62,039 nt of DNA, from assembly GCA_022729995.1 (NCBI GenBank), contig DZBS01000003.1, forward strand, positions 1 through 62,039, read 5' to 3'. Position numbers and translations under genes: made by a program. The stretch comes from Draconibacterium orientale (GTDB taxonomy: Bacteria; Bacteroidota; Bacteroidia; Bacteroidales; JAADGE01). Position 1 is the first letter of the stretch. Each line of letters begins with the position of its first letter. The notes below the pieces were generated by a model. It saw nothing but the letters and a program-made list of their open reading frames with translations. It made no database searches and had not been told where the DNA came from. Below, piece after piece: positions 10,424-20,672 of this stretch.

Positions 10424-12298
10424 CTATGCGTCCAAACTTTCGTAAACAGAATTTTTGCTTAAAAACTCGGGAACAATTTTTTTCATTTGAGCCACAATTT
10501 CAAAATTATCGTGATTAGATAAAATTTCTATTAATTTCTCAATTTCGGGAATAATTTCTTCGTGCTTGTATTGACGCACCTTTGCAGTCATAATTTTTTC
10601 GTGAACTGTAGGCAAAGTATTTTCTTTATCATTAAGCAATTCTTCATAAAGTTTTTCGCCGGGACGCAAACCTGTAAATTTTAAATTGATATCAACTCCA
10701 AGTTTTAAATCGTAAAGTTTAATCATTTTTTGGGCTAAATCAACAATTTTAACCGATTTTCCCATATCAAAAATAAATACTTCGCCACCGTTTCCGAGAG
10801 AGCCTGCTTGAAGAACCAATTGGCAAGCTTCGGGAATTGTCATAAAATATCTTGTAACATCGGGATGTGTAACAGTAACAGGTCCGCCGGATTCAATTTG
10901 TTGTTTAAACCGCGGAATTACCGAACCGTTTGAGCCTAAAACATTTCCAAATCTGGTTGTAATAAATTTTGTGTTGCTTCGAGCACTCACAGTTTGCGTA
11001 TAAATTTCGGCAATTCGTTTTGAAGCGCCCATAACATTTGTTGGATTCACAGCTTTATCGGTAGAAATCATTACAAACTTTTTCACTCCGAATTCAATAG
11101 ATTTATCGGCAATTGTTCTTGTTCCGATAACATTAGTAAGAATTGCTTCTGACGGATTATTTTCCATCATCGGCACATGTTTATATGCGGCCGCATGAAA
11201 AACAATATCGGGATGAAAAACCTCAAAAACCTTATTAACTCTCACTTTGTTGGTGATGTCGCCAATAACTATTTCAAAATCATAGAATTTATATTTTTCT
11301 CTCATTTCGAGTTCCAAATCGTAAAGCGGCGATTCTGCTTGATCGAAAATTACAATTTTCTTTGGGAAAAACTTAGTTAACTGAATAACAATTTCCTGTC
11401 CTATTGAGCCTGCAGCTCCGGTAACAAGAACAACTTTTCCGAGAATATCTTTTTGAATTTGTTTTTCGTCGAGTTGAATAGGCGGACGTTCGAGTAAATC
11501 TTCAATATTAATTTTTCTGATTTGATTATAACTCAATTCTCCGTTAATCCACTCGCTGACATCGGGAACAGTAAATATTTTAATATCATTATTTAAGCAA
11601 AGGTCAAAAATTTCTTTCTTTTGAATAGCACCAATATTTTTATCGGCAATTAAAAAATCGGTAATTAAATTTTTCTCAATAATTTTTTCAATTTCATCTG
11701 AATTATGAACCATAACACCGTCAAGTTTCTTTTTTGCATCAAAATTATTTGGGTCGATAAAAGCAAGAACATTATATTTAATTTCCAAATCTCTCATTAA
11801 CACACGTTTTGCGGTAATAGCATTTTGATTTATTCCGAGAATTATAATATTTCTTTCGGGTTTAAAAAGATTATTAATTTCGAGATACATAGATTTAACA
11901 GCCAAACGAAATGTTGTCATTAAAAATATCGAAATAAAAAAATCTATTAAAACAACAGAAAAAGGCATTACATATTTACCCGAAAACAAATAACTTACAG
12001 AATTAACAACTACATATAAAGTGTTAGAAACTAACATAATAATTATTATTCTAACAGTATCTTTTGTGCTTGTGTATCTAATAATTCCGGCATACGATTT
12101 TGTAAGATAAAAAAGAGTAGCTCTAATAGATAAAGCAAACAAAATTGCCAGCCAAAGTCCTGAAAAACTTTGATTTGTGAAATCAAAATTAAATCGCAGA
12201 AAATAAGCAAAAATCATTGAAAAGATTGAAATTGCTAAGTCGATACCTAAAATAACCCAGCGAGGAACATGTCTTTTAAAATCCAATAAATCTCTCAT
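10424..12298 (-). CDS. Nucleoside-diphosphate sugar dehydratase, CapD/PglF family
   Basis: N-terminal TM helices; TGAAGSIG, HAAAYKHVP, STDKAVNPTNVMGASKR, RFGNVLGS, GLRPGEKLYEEL. Confidence 0.95.
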   Translation of the reverse strand: MRDLLDFKRHVPRWVILGIDLAISIFSMIFAYFLRFNFDFTNQSFSGLWLAILFALSIRATLFYLTKSYAGIIRYTSTKDTVRIIIIMLVSNTLYVVVNSVSYLFSGKYVMPFSVVLIDFFISIFLMTTFRLAVKSMYLEINNLFKPERNIIILGINQNAITAKRVLMRDLEIKYNVLAFIDPNNFDAKKKLDGVMVHNSDEIEKIIEKNLITDFLIADKNIGAIQKKEIFDLCLNNDIKIFTVPDVSEWINGELSYNQIRKINIEDLLERPPIQLDEKQIQKDILGKVVLVTGAAGSIGQEIVIQLTKFFPKKIVIFDQAESPLYDLELEMREKYKFYDFEIVIGDITNKVRVNKVFEVFHPDIVFHAAAYKHVPMMENNPSEAILTNVIGTRTIADKSIEFGVKKFVMISTDKAVNPTNVMGASKRIAEIYTQTVSARSNTKFITTRFGNVLGSNGSVIPRFKQQIESGGPVTVTHPDVTRYFMTIPEACQLVLQAGSLGNGGEVFIFDMGKSVKIVDLAQKMIKLYDLKLGVDINLKFTGLRPGEKLYEELLNDKENTLPTVHEKIMTAKVRQYKHEEIIPEIEKLIEILSNHDNFEIVAQMKKIVPEFLSKNSVYESLDA

Positions 12299-12313
12299 AA
12301 TAAGTTTAATATT

Positions 12314-12886
12314 TTATTCTCTGATAATTTTAACTTCACCCGAAATTCCAATTTTAATAATAGAAGAAGCTTTAGCTTTTGTTTTATCATTTTGTTTCCA
12401 TTTCACAATATAATCAACTGCATTTTTTATTTCTTCGGAAATTTCCGAAAAATTTTGAGGTGATCTTTGGTTTGATATATTTGCCGAAGTTGAAACAATT
12501 GGTCGGTTTAATTTTTTGATAAGTTTTTGGCAAAATTTATCTTCAGCAATTCTAATTCCTATTGAATTATCTTGTGCAATAATATTTTGCGGTAAGTTAA
12601 TAGCTTCGGGATATATAATTGTTGTAGGACGACCGGCAATTTCGGCAATATCAACTGCAATTAGTGGAACTTTATTTACATATTGATAAACTCTGTCGAC
12701 CGAATCAACCAAAATGAGCATTGAATTATTATCTGCTCTTTTTTTAATTTGATATATTTTATCAACAGCTTTTTCGTTTGTAGCATCGCAACCAATTCCC
12801 CAAATTGTGTCGGTAGGATACAAAATTATTCCGCCTTGTTTAAGTATTTTTATAGCGTTTTCAATATCTTCAATAAATTCTTCCAT
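12314..12886 (-). CDS. tsaC: L-threonylcarbamoyladenylate synthase (TsaC/YrdC/Sua5)
   Basis: YPTDTIWGIGCDA, KKR, STSANIS motifs. Confidence 0.92.
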   Translation of the reverse strand: MEEFIEDIENAIKILKQGGIILYPTDTIWGIGCDATNEKAVDKIYQIKKRADNNSMLILVDSVDRVYQYVNKVPLIAVDIAEIAGRPTTIIYPEAINLPQNIIAQDNSIGIRIAEDKFCQKLIKKLNRPIVSTSANISNQRSPQNFSEISEEIKNAVDYIVKWKQNDKTKAKASSIIKIGISGEVKIIRE

Positions 12887-12889
12887 AAT

Positions 12890-14002
12890 TTATTTTAAAT
12901 AAACATTCATAATATTTGAAGCAACTTTGTCTTCAAGAAAATTTTGAGCATAATTATAACCGTCGTCAATCATTTTTTTTCGCAAATCACTATCGTTCAA
13001 TATTTTTAAAATTGAGTTTGCTAAATCGTCAATATTTCCGTATTCAATATATGCAGAACTCATTCCTCCGGCTTCGCTAAAACATCCGCCTTTTGTAGTA
13101 ATTACGGGAACTTTAGAGAAAAGTCCTTCAATTATCGGGATTCCGAAACCTTCAAAAAGCGAAGGATAAACCATAATTGTTGACTGCTGATAAATTGCGG
13201 GTAAATCTTCTTGCGGAATGTCGTTTAGAATAATAAGTTTATCGGTAATTTTATTTTTTTGTGCGTAATTTTCTATTTCATTTTGATATTCGGTTTTTCT
13301 GCCGATAATTATTAAATGTATATCAATTTTATGTTCGTGAATTGCTTTTAAAATTGATAAACTGTTTTTACGTTTTTCGATATTTCCGACATTTAAAATG
13401 TAATTTTCAGGCAGATTATATTTTTGAGCTGTTTCAATAATTTTTGATTTTTCGGCTTCTTTATAAAATGAAGAGTTACAAGATTGATAAACAACTTCAA
13501 TTTTTTGGTCGTCGATTCCAAAAAAATCAATAATATCGGTTTTTGTTTGTTCGCTAATTGCAATAATTGTATCGGCAATTTGACAAGAATATTTGAATTT
13601 TTGAAAATATATTTCTCTGTCAATTTTTTTATACAATTCCGGAAATCTCATAAAGATTAAATCGTGAATTGTAACAATAAGTTTAGCACCGGTTTTGTGT
13701 GCATTGTGCGGTAATTCGTTTGTTAATCCGTGATAAATATCAATATTATTTTGTTTGATAAATTTTTGTAATCTGAAAGTTCGCCAATATGAATGAGATA
13801 AATGATTTACGATTCCCGAAGGTTTTATAATTTTTACGTTATTTGGAGCAGAATAAAATGATGTATGTTCGTTAGAAGGAGTAAAAAGTGTGTAATCATT
13901 TGCAGGAAAATATTTTATCATGAAATTAATAGTACTTCTGCTATAATTTCCTAATCCGCTGCCGTTAAAAAAAGCTCTTTTTGCGTCGAAACCGATATTC
14001 AT
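12890..14002 (-). CDS. Glycosyltransferase family 4
   Basis: VTIHDLIF, RKN, YPSLFEGFGIPIIE motifs. Confidence 0.92.
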   Translation of the reverse strand: MNIGFDAKRAFFNGSGLGNYSRSTINFMIKYFPANDYTLFTPSNEHTSFYSAPNNVKIIKPSGIVNHLSHSYWRTFRLQKFIKQNNIDIYHGLTNELPHNAHKTGAKLIVTIHDLIFMRFPELYKKIDREIYFQKFKYSCQIADTIIAISEQTKTDIIDFFGIDDQKIEVVYQSCNSSFYKEAEKSKIIETAQKYNLPENYILNVGNIEKRKNSLSILKAIHEHKIDIHLIIIGRKTEYQNEIENYAQKNKITDKLIILNDIPQEDLPAIYQQSTIMVYPSLFEGFGIPIIEGLFSKVPVITTKGGCFSEAGGMSSAYIEYGNIDDLANSILKILNDSDLRKKMIDDGYNYAQNFLEDKVASNIMNVYLK

Positions 14003-14017
14003 AAATAAATTATTAAA

Positions 14018-14836
14018 TTAAACAGCAACGTTATAATCACGTAAAGCGTCGTTTAGCGATGTTTTCAAATTTGTTGATTCTTTTCTCTTGCCAATTATCA
14101 AAGCTGCCGGAACTTGAAATTCTCCCGCGGGAAATTTTTTGGTAAAAGAACCGGGAATAACAACCGATCTTTCCGGAACAAAACCAATATATTCAATTGG
14201 TTCGCTTCCGCTAACATCAATAATTTTTGTTGATTTTGTAATTACCACATTTGCTCCCAAAACTGCTTCTTTTTGAATATGAACTCCTTCAACAACAATG
14301 CTTCTTGAACCTATAAAACAATTATCTTCAATAATTACCGGAGCTGCCTGAACCGGTTCTAAAACTCCGCCGATTCCAACTCCTCCGCTAAGATGAACAT
14401 TTTTACCTATTTGTGCACAAGAACCAACTGTTGCCCACGTATCAACCATTGTTCCTGAATCAATAAAAGCTCCGATATTTACAAACGAAGGCATCAATAC
14501 AACTCCTTTTGAAATATACGAACCGTAGCGTGCAACTGCATGAGGCACAACTCTGATTCCTAATTCTTTGTATCCTTTTTTTAGAGCAATTTTATCATAA
14601 AATTCCAAAACTCCGGCTTCGGAAGTTTTCATTTCTTGAGTAGGAAAATAAAGGATTACAGCTTTTTTAATTATTTCGTTTACTTTCCAGCCGTTTTCTG
14701 TTGGTTCTGCAACTCTTACTATTCCTTTATCCAAAAGTTCAATTATTTGGGAAATAGCATCAATATATTCGGGTTTTTTAAGCAAATCATGATTTTCCCA
14801 TGCTCGCTCAATAAGTTTGAACCGGTTTTCTAACAT
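14018..14836 (-). CDS. dapD: Tetrahydrodipicolinate N-succinyltransferase
   Basis: MPSFVNIGAFID.GTMVDTWATVGSCAQIGKNVHLSGGVGIGGVLEP signature. Confidence 0.96.
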   Translation of the reverse strand: MLENRFKLIERAWENHDLLKKPEYIDAISQIIELLDKGIVRVAEPTENGWKVNEIIKKAVILYFPTQEMKTSEAGVLEFYDKIALKKGYKELGIRVVPHAVARYGSYISKGVVLMPSFVNIGAFIDSGTMVDTWATVGSCAQIGKNVHLSGGVGIGGVLEPVQAAPVIIEDNCFIGSRSIVVEGVHIQKEAVLGANVVITKSTKIIDVSGSEPIEYIGFVPERSVVIPGSFTKKFPAGEFQVPAALIIGKRKESTNLKTSLNDALRDYNVAV

Positions 14837-14971
14837 TTTATATAGTTTATCACAAATTTAAAAAGATTTATCAAAATACAATGAATATTAAAATTTGCAT
14901 TTTAATTAAGTTTTTTTCAAAAAATAATCGTAAAACGGGGTCAAAAGTAATTAAATTTACCGATAATTGAA

Positions 14972-17047
14972 TTAATTTACATCAAATATTTTTGAAGAGA
15001 ATTTTGCGTTTAAATCTGCCGATTTAACTTCCATAAAAATTTTAAAATCTTTTGCTTTAATAATTTTAATGTAAGGAATCATTTTGTCTTTATCGCCCGG
15101 AACTTGTCGGTAATCGGAAATTTCAACAGTATTTATTAATTTGAAATTATTACCTTCTTTTGTAGTTTCTTTTTTAAGTTCTTCGGATTTTACTTTAAGG
15201 TAAGTTTTTTTGTCGTAGTAATCATATCTAAATTTATCGTAAGGATATTTTACAAAAATTTTATACAATTGATTTTCACCTTCGTCAACAATACCGAGTA
15301 ATTCTACCGAAATATTTTTATTCTGATAATATTCTAATTCTTCAAATTGAAAGCTTTCCGAATAATTTTCATTATTCATATCATTGTCGGAAATTATTGT
15401 ATCTAAATAGTTTATAGAAGAAATGTTTTTGCTGTTAACAATTTTCTTTGAAATGATTGCTTTATTTGTATTATCGTTTAATAAATAAGTTTCCGACAAA
15501 TATTTTTTTCCGTCTCTGAAAATATTTCTTTCAAATTTATTTTCAAATTCTTCAAAAACATATTTCCCTGTAATAGTTATAGTTTGAGGTTTTTCGGGCG
15601 GATATTTTGTTGCTCCCACTTTATTCAAATATAAAGCAATAATATCCATTGCATTAAACCCGAAAGGAATAATTTCAATATCAGAATTTTCTTTAAAAGT
15701 TCTTGTTTCGGCTATTGAAGCCAACATAAGAAACTGATTTTCTATTAGTTTGCTTTTCCCGAGAATTACAATTGTATATTTATCTGTTCTCAAATAATTT
15801 GAAGCATATTTTTGAATATCTTCATTCCCAATTTTTTTCAATCTGAATATTAAAGTTGAGAAATAATCTTCAGGTAAATTATATTTTTCGATTAAATATA
15901 TCATTTCGGCAATTTTATCGAACGAATTTAGCGATTTTAGAAAATCTCTGATACAATATTCTTTTGCAATTTCGAGCTCGGCTTCCGGAATTATTTCCGA
16001 AATAATTTTTTGTTGCTGATTTATAATAATTTGAAGTATTTCGGCCAAATATTCGGGTTTTAAAACCACCGAAACCGAAAACTCGGGATTTTCGGGAGAA
16101 AATTCATGTCGCAAAAAAACATAATCAACGTAATTTTCATGTTTGAAAAGCTCGGAATAAAATCTTCCGTATTGAAATTCGCCCAAAACTTTATTTATAA
16201 TTAATTCTTTTTCGTAATTTTTGTTACCGATTCCTGCTTGTAAAGGATAAAGAATATTCATGTATGTTTTGCTTCCGGTAATTTTTTCGTCTGTTTCATG
16301 AAAGTAAATTACAGTGTTTTGAGGCAGTTTTGAAGTTTTATATTTGTTTTCATTTATCAGAATATCAGGAAATTGATTGCTGTATTTTAAAGCAAGGTTT
16401 TTCTGAGAATTGAAACTTTGATTACTAATTACAAAAAAATATTTGAACGATTTAAGAAAATATTCTGCATAAAATTTTTCGCAATCGTTTATCGAAATAT
16501 TTTTCATTTTTTCGAGGTCAAAATCTTCGCCTTCGGGATTTGAATTTTCATAAAAAGCATTTTTTGTCTTCCTTATTATATATGTGTTGGGAGAAATAAA
16601 CGGAGGAAATGTGTTTTTGATTTCGGAATTTTTTATTTTATCAAAAAGTTTTTTGTTTGAATTATCGAAAACGAAGAATTTATCCAATATCAATAAAAGA
16701 CTGTCGATTTGAATATTGGATTTTAAAGTAATTTGAAATTTGTTTGATGAAACGGTAATATTATTTTTCTGTAATTCTTCTTGATATTTTTCTTTAAAGG
16801 CTTCAACAATATATTCAAACGTTATATTTTCTATTCCTTTTTTTTCTCCAAAAAACACTTTTGGAGTATCAAAAATTAGTTTAATATAAGTAAATGTATC
16901 AATTCTGTTTTTTACAGAAATAATATTAAACTTCTCTGTTTTGATTGATATATAATTCTGTAAATCAATCAAAACAGAGTCTGTTTGTCCAAAAATATTT
17001 AGACTAAAAAGAAAAAAGTTTAAAATTAAAATGGATTTTTTTAACAT
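14972..17047 (-). CDS. Secreted peptidase M16-like protein, probably catalytically inactive
   Basis: Signal-peptide-like N-terminus; M16 C-domain-like segments (INKVLG..YGRFY.EL; ELEIAK; DIQKYASNYL); no HXXEH seen. Confidence 0.55.
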   Translation of the reverse strand: MLKKSILILNFFLFSLNIFGQTDSVLIDLQNYISIKTEKFNIISVKNRIDTFTYIKLIFDTPKVFFGEKKGIENITFEYIVEAFKEKYQEELQKNNITVSSNKFQITLKSNIQIDSLLLILDKFFVFDNSNKKLFDKIKNSEIKNTFPPFISPNTYIIRKTKNAFYENSNPEGEDFDLEKMKNISINDCEKFYAEYFLKSFKYFFVISNQSFNSQKNLALKYSNQFPDILINENKYKTSKLPQNTVIYFHETDEKITGSKTYMNILYPLQAGIGNKNYEKELIINKVLGEFQYGRFYSELFKHENYVDYVFLRHEFSPENPEFSVSVVLKPEYLAEILQIIINQQQKIISEIIPEAELEIAKEYCIRDFLKSLNSFDKIAEMIYLIEKYNLPEDYFSTLIFRLKKIGNEDIQKYASNYLRTDKYTIVILGKSKLIENQFLMLASIAETRTFKENSDIEIIPFGFNAMDIIALYLNKVGATKYPPEKPQTITITGKYVFEEFENKFERNIFRDGKKYLSETYLLNDNTNKAIISKKIVNSKNISSINYLDTIISDNDMNNENYSESFQFEELEYYQNKNISVELLGIVDEGENQLYKIFVKYPYDKFRYDYYDKKTYLKVKSEELKKETTKEGNNFKLINTVEISDYRQVPGDKDKMIPYIKIIKAKDFKIFMEVKSADLNAKFSSKIFDVN

Positions 17048-17049
17048 TA

Positions 17050-18792
17050 TTAATTTCCGCTTTTATTTTTTTCTAATGATTTCTTCACTTTAACTTGCAT
17101 ATTATTCTCATAAACAGCAAGAAACACAAGTTTTCCTTTTTCGTCAAATCGTTTTATTTTTCCGTTTCGAGCACCAAATTTATATTGCGATATTTCAGCA
17201 ATTCTGCCTCTTTCATCATATATTTTAACAAGTCCGTTTCTTTTTCCCTGTTTATAATTTTCTTCTCTAAATTTTGAACCGTCTTTATTGTAAACCATCC
17301 ACTTTCCAATTTTTAATCCGTTTTGAAAAACGCCTGTAATGTTAACATTTCCTTCGGCAAAATAAGTTTCATATTTTCCGTGCAAAACACCGTTTAAATA
17401 ATTTTCTTCAATTTGAGTTTTCCCGGATTCAAAAAAATGCGATGATTTTCCATTTTTTAGATTGTTCACATAATTTGTTTCATATTCGGTAATTCCGTTG
17501 GGGAATTTTCCAATCCATTTTCCGTTCATAAGTCCGTTAACAAATTCGCCTGTAATTTGAATTTTTCCGTTTTCGTAATATGAATTCCAAATTCCGTTTT
17601 CTTTACCTTTATCGTAATTTCCTGTATAATAGACATTTTCATTTTCGTAGAAAGTTGTCCATTTTCCTTGTTTTAAATCATTTTCAAAAGAGCCCGATTT
17701 CCAAATTTTTCCGTTTGGATACCAATAATTCCAAACTCCGGACATTTTTCCGTAGTTGTATGAACCTTCATTTCCTTTTGGATTAATAACTTTATTATTT
17801 ACGGTATCAATTTGCCAATAAGTCCAAACACCGTGCATTGTGTCGTTTTTAAAATTTCCGAAAATATCATTTTTCCCGTCTTTTTTATACCAAAATGCCG
17901 ATCCGTCTTTTAAATCGTTTTTATAATTAAGGCTTGTAATTAAAACACCGTTTTCGGTAAATATTTCGTGCTTTCCAATTTTAAGGTCGTTGCTGTAATC
18001 GCCGGTTCTGTTAATTTGTCCGTTTTCAAACCAATAAGTCCAAGTTCCGTCTTTTTTTCCGTTAATAACTTTTCCTTTCATTTCAACTTGTTTATTCGGA
18101 TAATATGAAATATTTAACCCGTTATCGAAATTCACAATCTTCTGAATATCACCGTTTTTATAAAGAAATTTCCACTCACCGGCTTGTTCGCCTTTTATGT
18201 AATTTCCGTAAGAAAATTTTTGTCCGGTTTCAAAATAAGAAATCCAAAGGGAATCTTTAAATCCGTTTTTATATTTTCCTTCCGAAAGTAATTTGCCGTT
18301 TTCGTAATAATCTTTATAATATCCGTTTCCTTTATTAATAAGAGTTTCACCCGTTTCGGTAAAATATTTTAAAAGTTTAAGAGTATCGTTTGTGTAATTT
18401 TCAATAAATTTTGGTTTTCCGGAAACATAAAAAACATTCCAAATACTGTCTTTCATTCCGTTTTTATATTGACCGGATTTCATAATTTTTCCGTTATCGA
18501 ACCATTCTGTGTAATTTCCTACTTGCTTGTTATATCTGAAATAACCTTCATTTTGTTTTTTTCCGTTTAGATAATAAAAAGTAACTCTTCCTCGCACTTG
18601 ACCTTTAATATATTCGGTTTCGCGATACAAAACTCCTTCTTTAGTCCAAAATTTCCAAACACCTTGTTCGATTTCTCCGTCGAGAACTCCTTCCGATTTT
18701 TTATTTTTATTTTCCCAATAAAAGGTTTTAATTTCCTGAGAATAAGAATATTCTACACTTAAAAATGCCAATAATATAATTAATTTCTTCAT
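17050..18792 (-). CDS. Secreted MORN-variant repeat protein (YwqK-like family)
   Basis: Signal peptide then many ~23-aa repeats of type YENGK..SEG.YKNG.K.G.W. Confidence 0.88.
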   Translation of the reverse strand: MKKLIILLAFLSVEYSYSQEIKTFYWENKNKKSEGVLDGEIEQGVWKFWTKEGVLYRETEYIKGQVRGRVTFYYLNGKKQNEGYFRYNKQVGNYTEWFDNGKIMKSGQYKNGMKDSIWNVFYVSGKPKFIENYTNDTLKLLKYFTETGETLINKGNGYYKDYYENGKLLSEGKYKNGFKDSLWISYFETGQKFSYGNYIKGEQAGEWKFLYKNGDIQKIVNFDNGLNISYYPNKQVEMKGKVINGKKDGTWTYWFENGQINRTGDYSNDLKIGKHEIFTENGVLITSLNYKNDLKDGSAFWYKKDGKNDIFGNFKNDTMHGVWTYWQIDTVNNKVINPKGNEGSYNYGKMSGVWNYWYPNGKIWKSGSFENDLKQGKWTTFYENENVYYTGNYDKGKENGIWNSYYENGKIQITGEFVNGLMNGKWIGKFPNGITEYETNYVNNLKNGKSSHFFESGKTQIEENYLNGVLHGKYETYFAEGNVNITGVFQNGLKIGKWMVYNKDGSKFREENYKQGKRNGLVKIYDERGRIAEISQYKFGARNGKIKRFDEKGKLVFLAVYENNMQVKVKKSLEKNKSGN

Positions 18793-19053
18793 TTTATGAT
18801 ATTTATTTTTTCAGTATAACGAATTATTATTGAATAAATTTGAGATAATTTTACTTACAAAGTAACAAAAATTTAAAAAAAATGAAACAAAAATAAATTT
18901 AACGAAAAATAAATTATTTTTGCAAATTCCAAGCCTACAAATCGTAAGATGTTTTGAACAATAAGCAATGATTATTTTTAGGTTTGACTTTTTTTATAAT
19001 TTTAAACAAAATTCTAATACATTGTAAAAATATTAATTCCCTTTTATAAACAG

Positions 19054-19632
19054 ATGAATCAAATCTTAAAATCAATTATTACAGAAATTAAAAACCAAAA
19101 AGGACTAAGATTTCTTGTAAATATAGCTTTATTAGGAATATTGTTTACATTTTTTTATTATTTCCTTAGAGATTTTAAATTTGTGAACGACATTTATTTG
19201 TGGGGAATCGAACAATTTTCATATTTTCTTCTAACATGTTCAAAATATTTGGTTCAGACATTTGGTTATGAAGCTGTTACTTACGGAAAAACTATAAGAA
19301 TTATCGACGGATTTACAGCTCGCGGAGTTTTTCTCGATCGCGGATGTATGGGGAGAAATGTTTTATTGGCTTATGCCGGACTAATTATTGCTGCTCCCGG
19401 AAATTTTAAAAACAAACTTTGGTTTATTCCAATGGGATTGGCAATTATTACGTTTGTAAATATCATAAGAATAAGCGGTTTGGCTATTACAGCTCATTGT
19501 TGTACTGAATATTTAGATATAAATCATCATTTTGTTTTTAAAATTGCGGCTTGGATTGTAATATTTTTTTTGTGGGTAATTTGGTTTAAAAAATATATGA
19601 ATCCGAAGAAAAAATCTAATATTCAAAAATAA
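19054..19632 (+). CDS. Exosortase/archaeosortase family membrane protein
   Basis: Multiple TM helices with a Cys (RGCMG), Arg (NIIRI), His (NHH) triad arrangement. Confidence 0.78.
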   Translation: MNQILKSIITEIKNQKGLRFLVNIALLGILFTFFYYFLRDFKFVNDIYLWGIEQFSYFLLTCSKYLVQTFGYEAVTYGKTIRIIDGFTARGVFLDRGCMGRNVLLAYAGLIIAAPGNFKNKLWFIPMGLAIITFVNIIRISGLAITAHCCTEYLDINHHFVFKIAAWIVIFFLWVIWFKKYMNPKKKSNIQK

Positions 19633-20413
19633 ATTTATATCCGCTGTATTTTCTAATATTTAAAACATTTCCGTTACTAAAAATAAGATATTGACCTTTT
19701 ATTCCCATTAAATTTCCGGTTATACTTTTTTCCTTGTCCAAATTAAAAGAAATAATTTGTGTGGGATATTTTAAAATCGGATATTTTATTTCAACTATTT
19801 CGCTTTCAGGAATTAAATATTGACTTAAATCCGGCCTCAACAATTCGGAAGCATTATTTTTTTCGGTTTTTAAATTGATATCTAAAACGTTTTCGGTTTT
19901 AAGCATTTTTTGAAAAGCTGTTTTATCCGAAAAATATTGTTTTAAATCTACTTCAATTAATCCGGCTAAATTTCTGTTTGGAGTTTTTGCAATTTTTATT
20001 GCTTTTACGGCACCTTGGTCAATCCAACGAGTTGGAATTTGCGATGCTCGTGTAACTCCGACTTTTAAACCGGAAGTTAAGGATAAATATACGAAATGAT
20101 CTTGCAAACAATTATTTTGTGCCCATTCCATATCGCGAGAAATACCTAAATGTGCTTCACAAAGTTCGGGATTTAAAATACACGGAGCAGTTTCAGGCGA
20201 AATTTGAAAACAATTATAACAAAAGCCTTGAAAAAATGATGTTTTAGTAACTTTTCCGCATTTCACACAATTAATTTCACCGGTCCAACTTATTTTTATT
20301 TCATTTCCCAATAATGAATTCATTTCAATTTTGTTCTCTCCTATCGGCAAAAAATATTCCACAGAGTTGGAAAGAACACTCTTCATTTTTGTAATATTTC
20401 CTAAATATTTCAT
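19616..20413 (-). CDS. DUF2797-like protein
   Basis: CVKCGK...QGFCYNC, KVGVTR..QIPTRWIDQGA, GIKGQYL motifs. Confidence 0.8.
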   Translation of the reverse strand: MKYLGNITKMKSVLSNSVEYFLPIGENKIEMNSLLGNEIKISWTGEINCVKCGKVTKTSFFQGFCYNCFQISPETAPCILNPELCEAHLGISRDMEWAQNNCLQDHFVYLSLTSGLKVGVTRASQIPTRWIDQGAVKAIKIAKTPNRNLAGLIEVDLKQYFSDKTAFQKMLKTENVLDINLKTEKNNASELLRPDLSQYLIPESEIVEIKYPILKYPTQIISFNLDKEKSITGNLMGIKGQYLIFSNGNVLNIRKYSGYKFIFEY

Positions 20414-20505
20414 CTGTATATTTTAAATTGTTTTTTAAAGGTCAGATAGGAATATCCGGAAAAATCAATCTTTTGTATATCGAGAAACTCATACGGATAT
20501 TTCAT
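20414..20505 (-). repeat. Start-codon-proximal hairpin element, copy 2
   Basis: Minus strand: ATGAAATATCCG...CGGATATTCCTATCTGACCTTTAAAAAACAATTTAAAATATACAG, then ATGAAA of the DUF2797-like gene. Confidence 0.88.
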
Positions 20506-20608
20506 GCGTTATATATTTCTTCAAAAATAATTAAAAATATTTGATAAAAAAACAAGCTGTGAATCAAGATGTTAAAAAATATATTACATAGGACATTAAA
20601 ATATTTAC

Positions 20609-20649
20609 TACTTTGTATTGCATAATACCATATTTTATATATATCTTTG
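20609..20649 (+). promoter_or_regulatory. Putative promoter (TTG ... TATCTTTG) with overlapping imperfect palindrome, candidate PadR operator
   Basis: TATCTTTG at 20642-20649; TTG 21 nt upstream; TACTTTGTA-T-TGCATAATA dyad at 20609-20627. Confidence 0.5.
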
Positions 20650-20672
20650 TAAAAACAAATCAAAAATAAATT

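Noticed and set aside
17050-18792. Toxin-antitoxin antitoxin or DNA tandem repeat
   Set aside because: The periodicity is protein-level MORN-like repeats; the protein has a signal peptide and no adjacent toxin
19040-19059. Further element copies at AAACAGATGAA/AAACACATGAAA starts (19054, 33781, 55968) and the tail-like stretch at 36168-36192
   Set aside because: Only the start-proximal words match and no hairpin arms are present; probably the ordinary translation-initiation context
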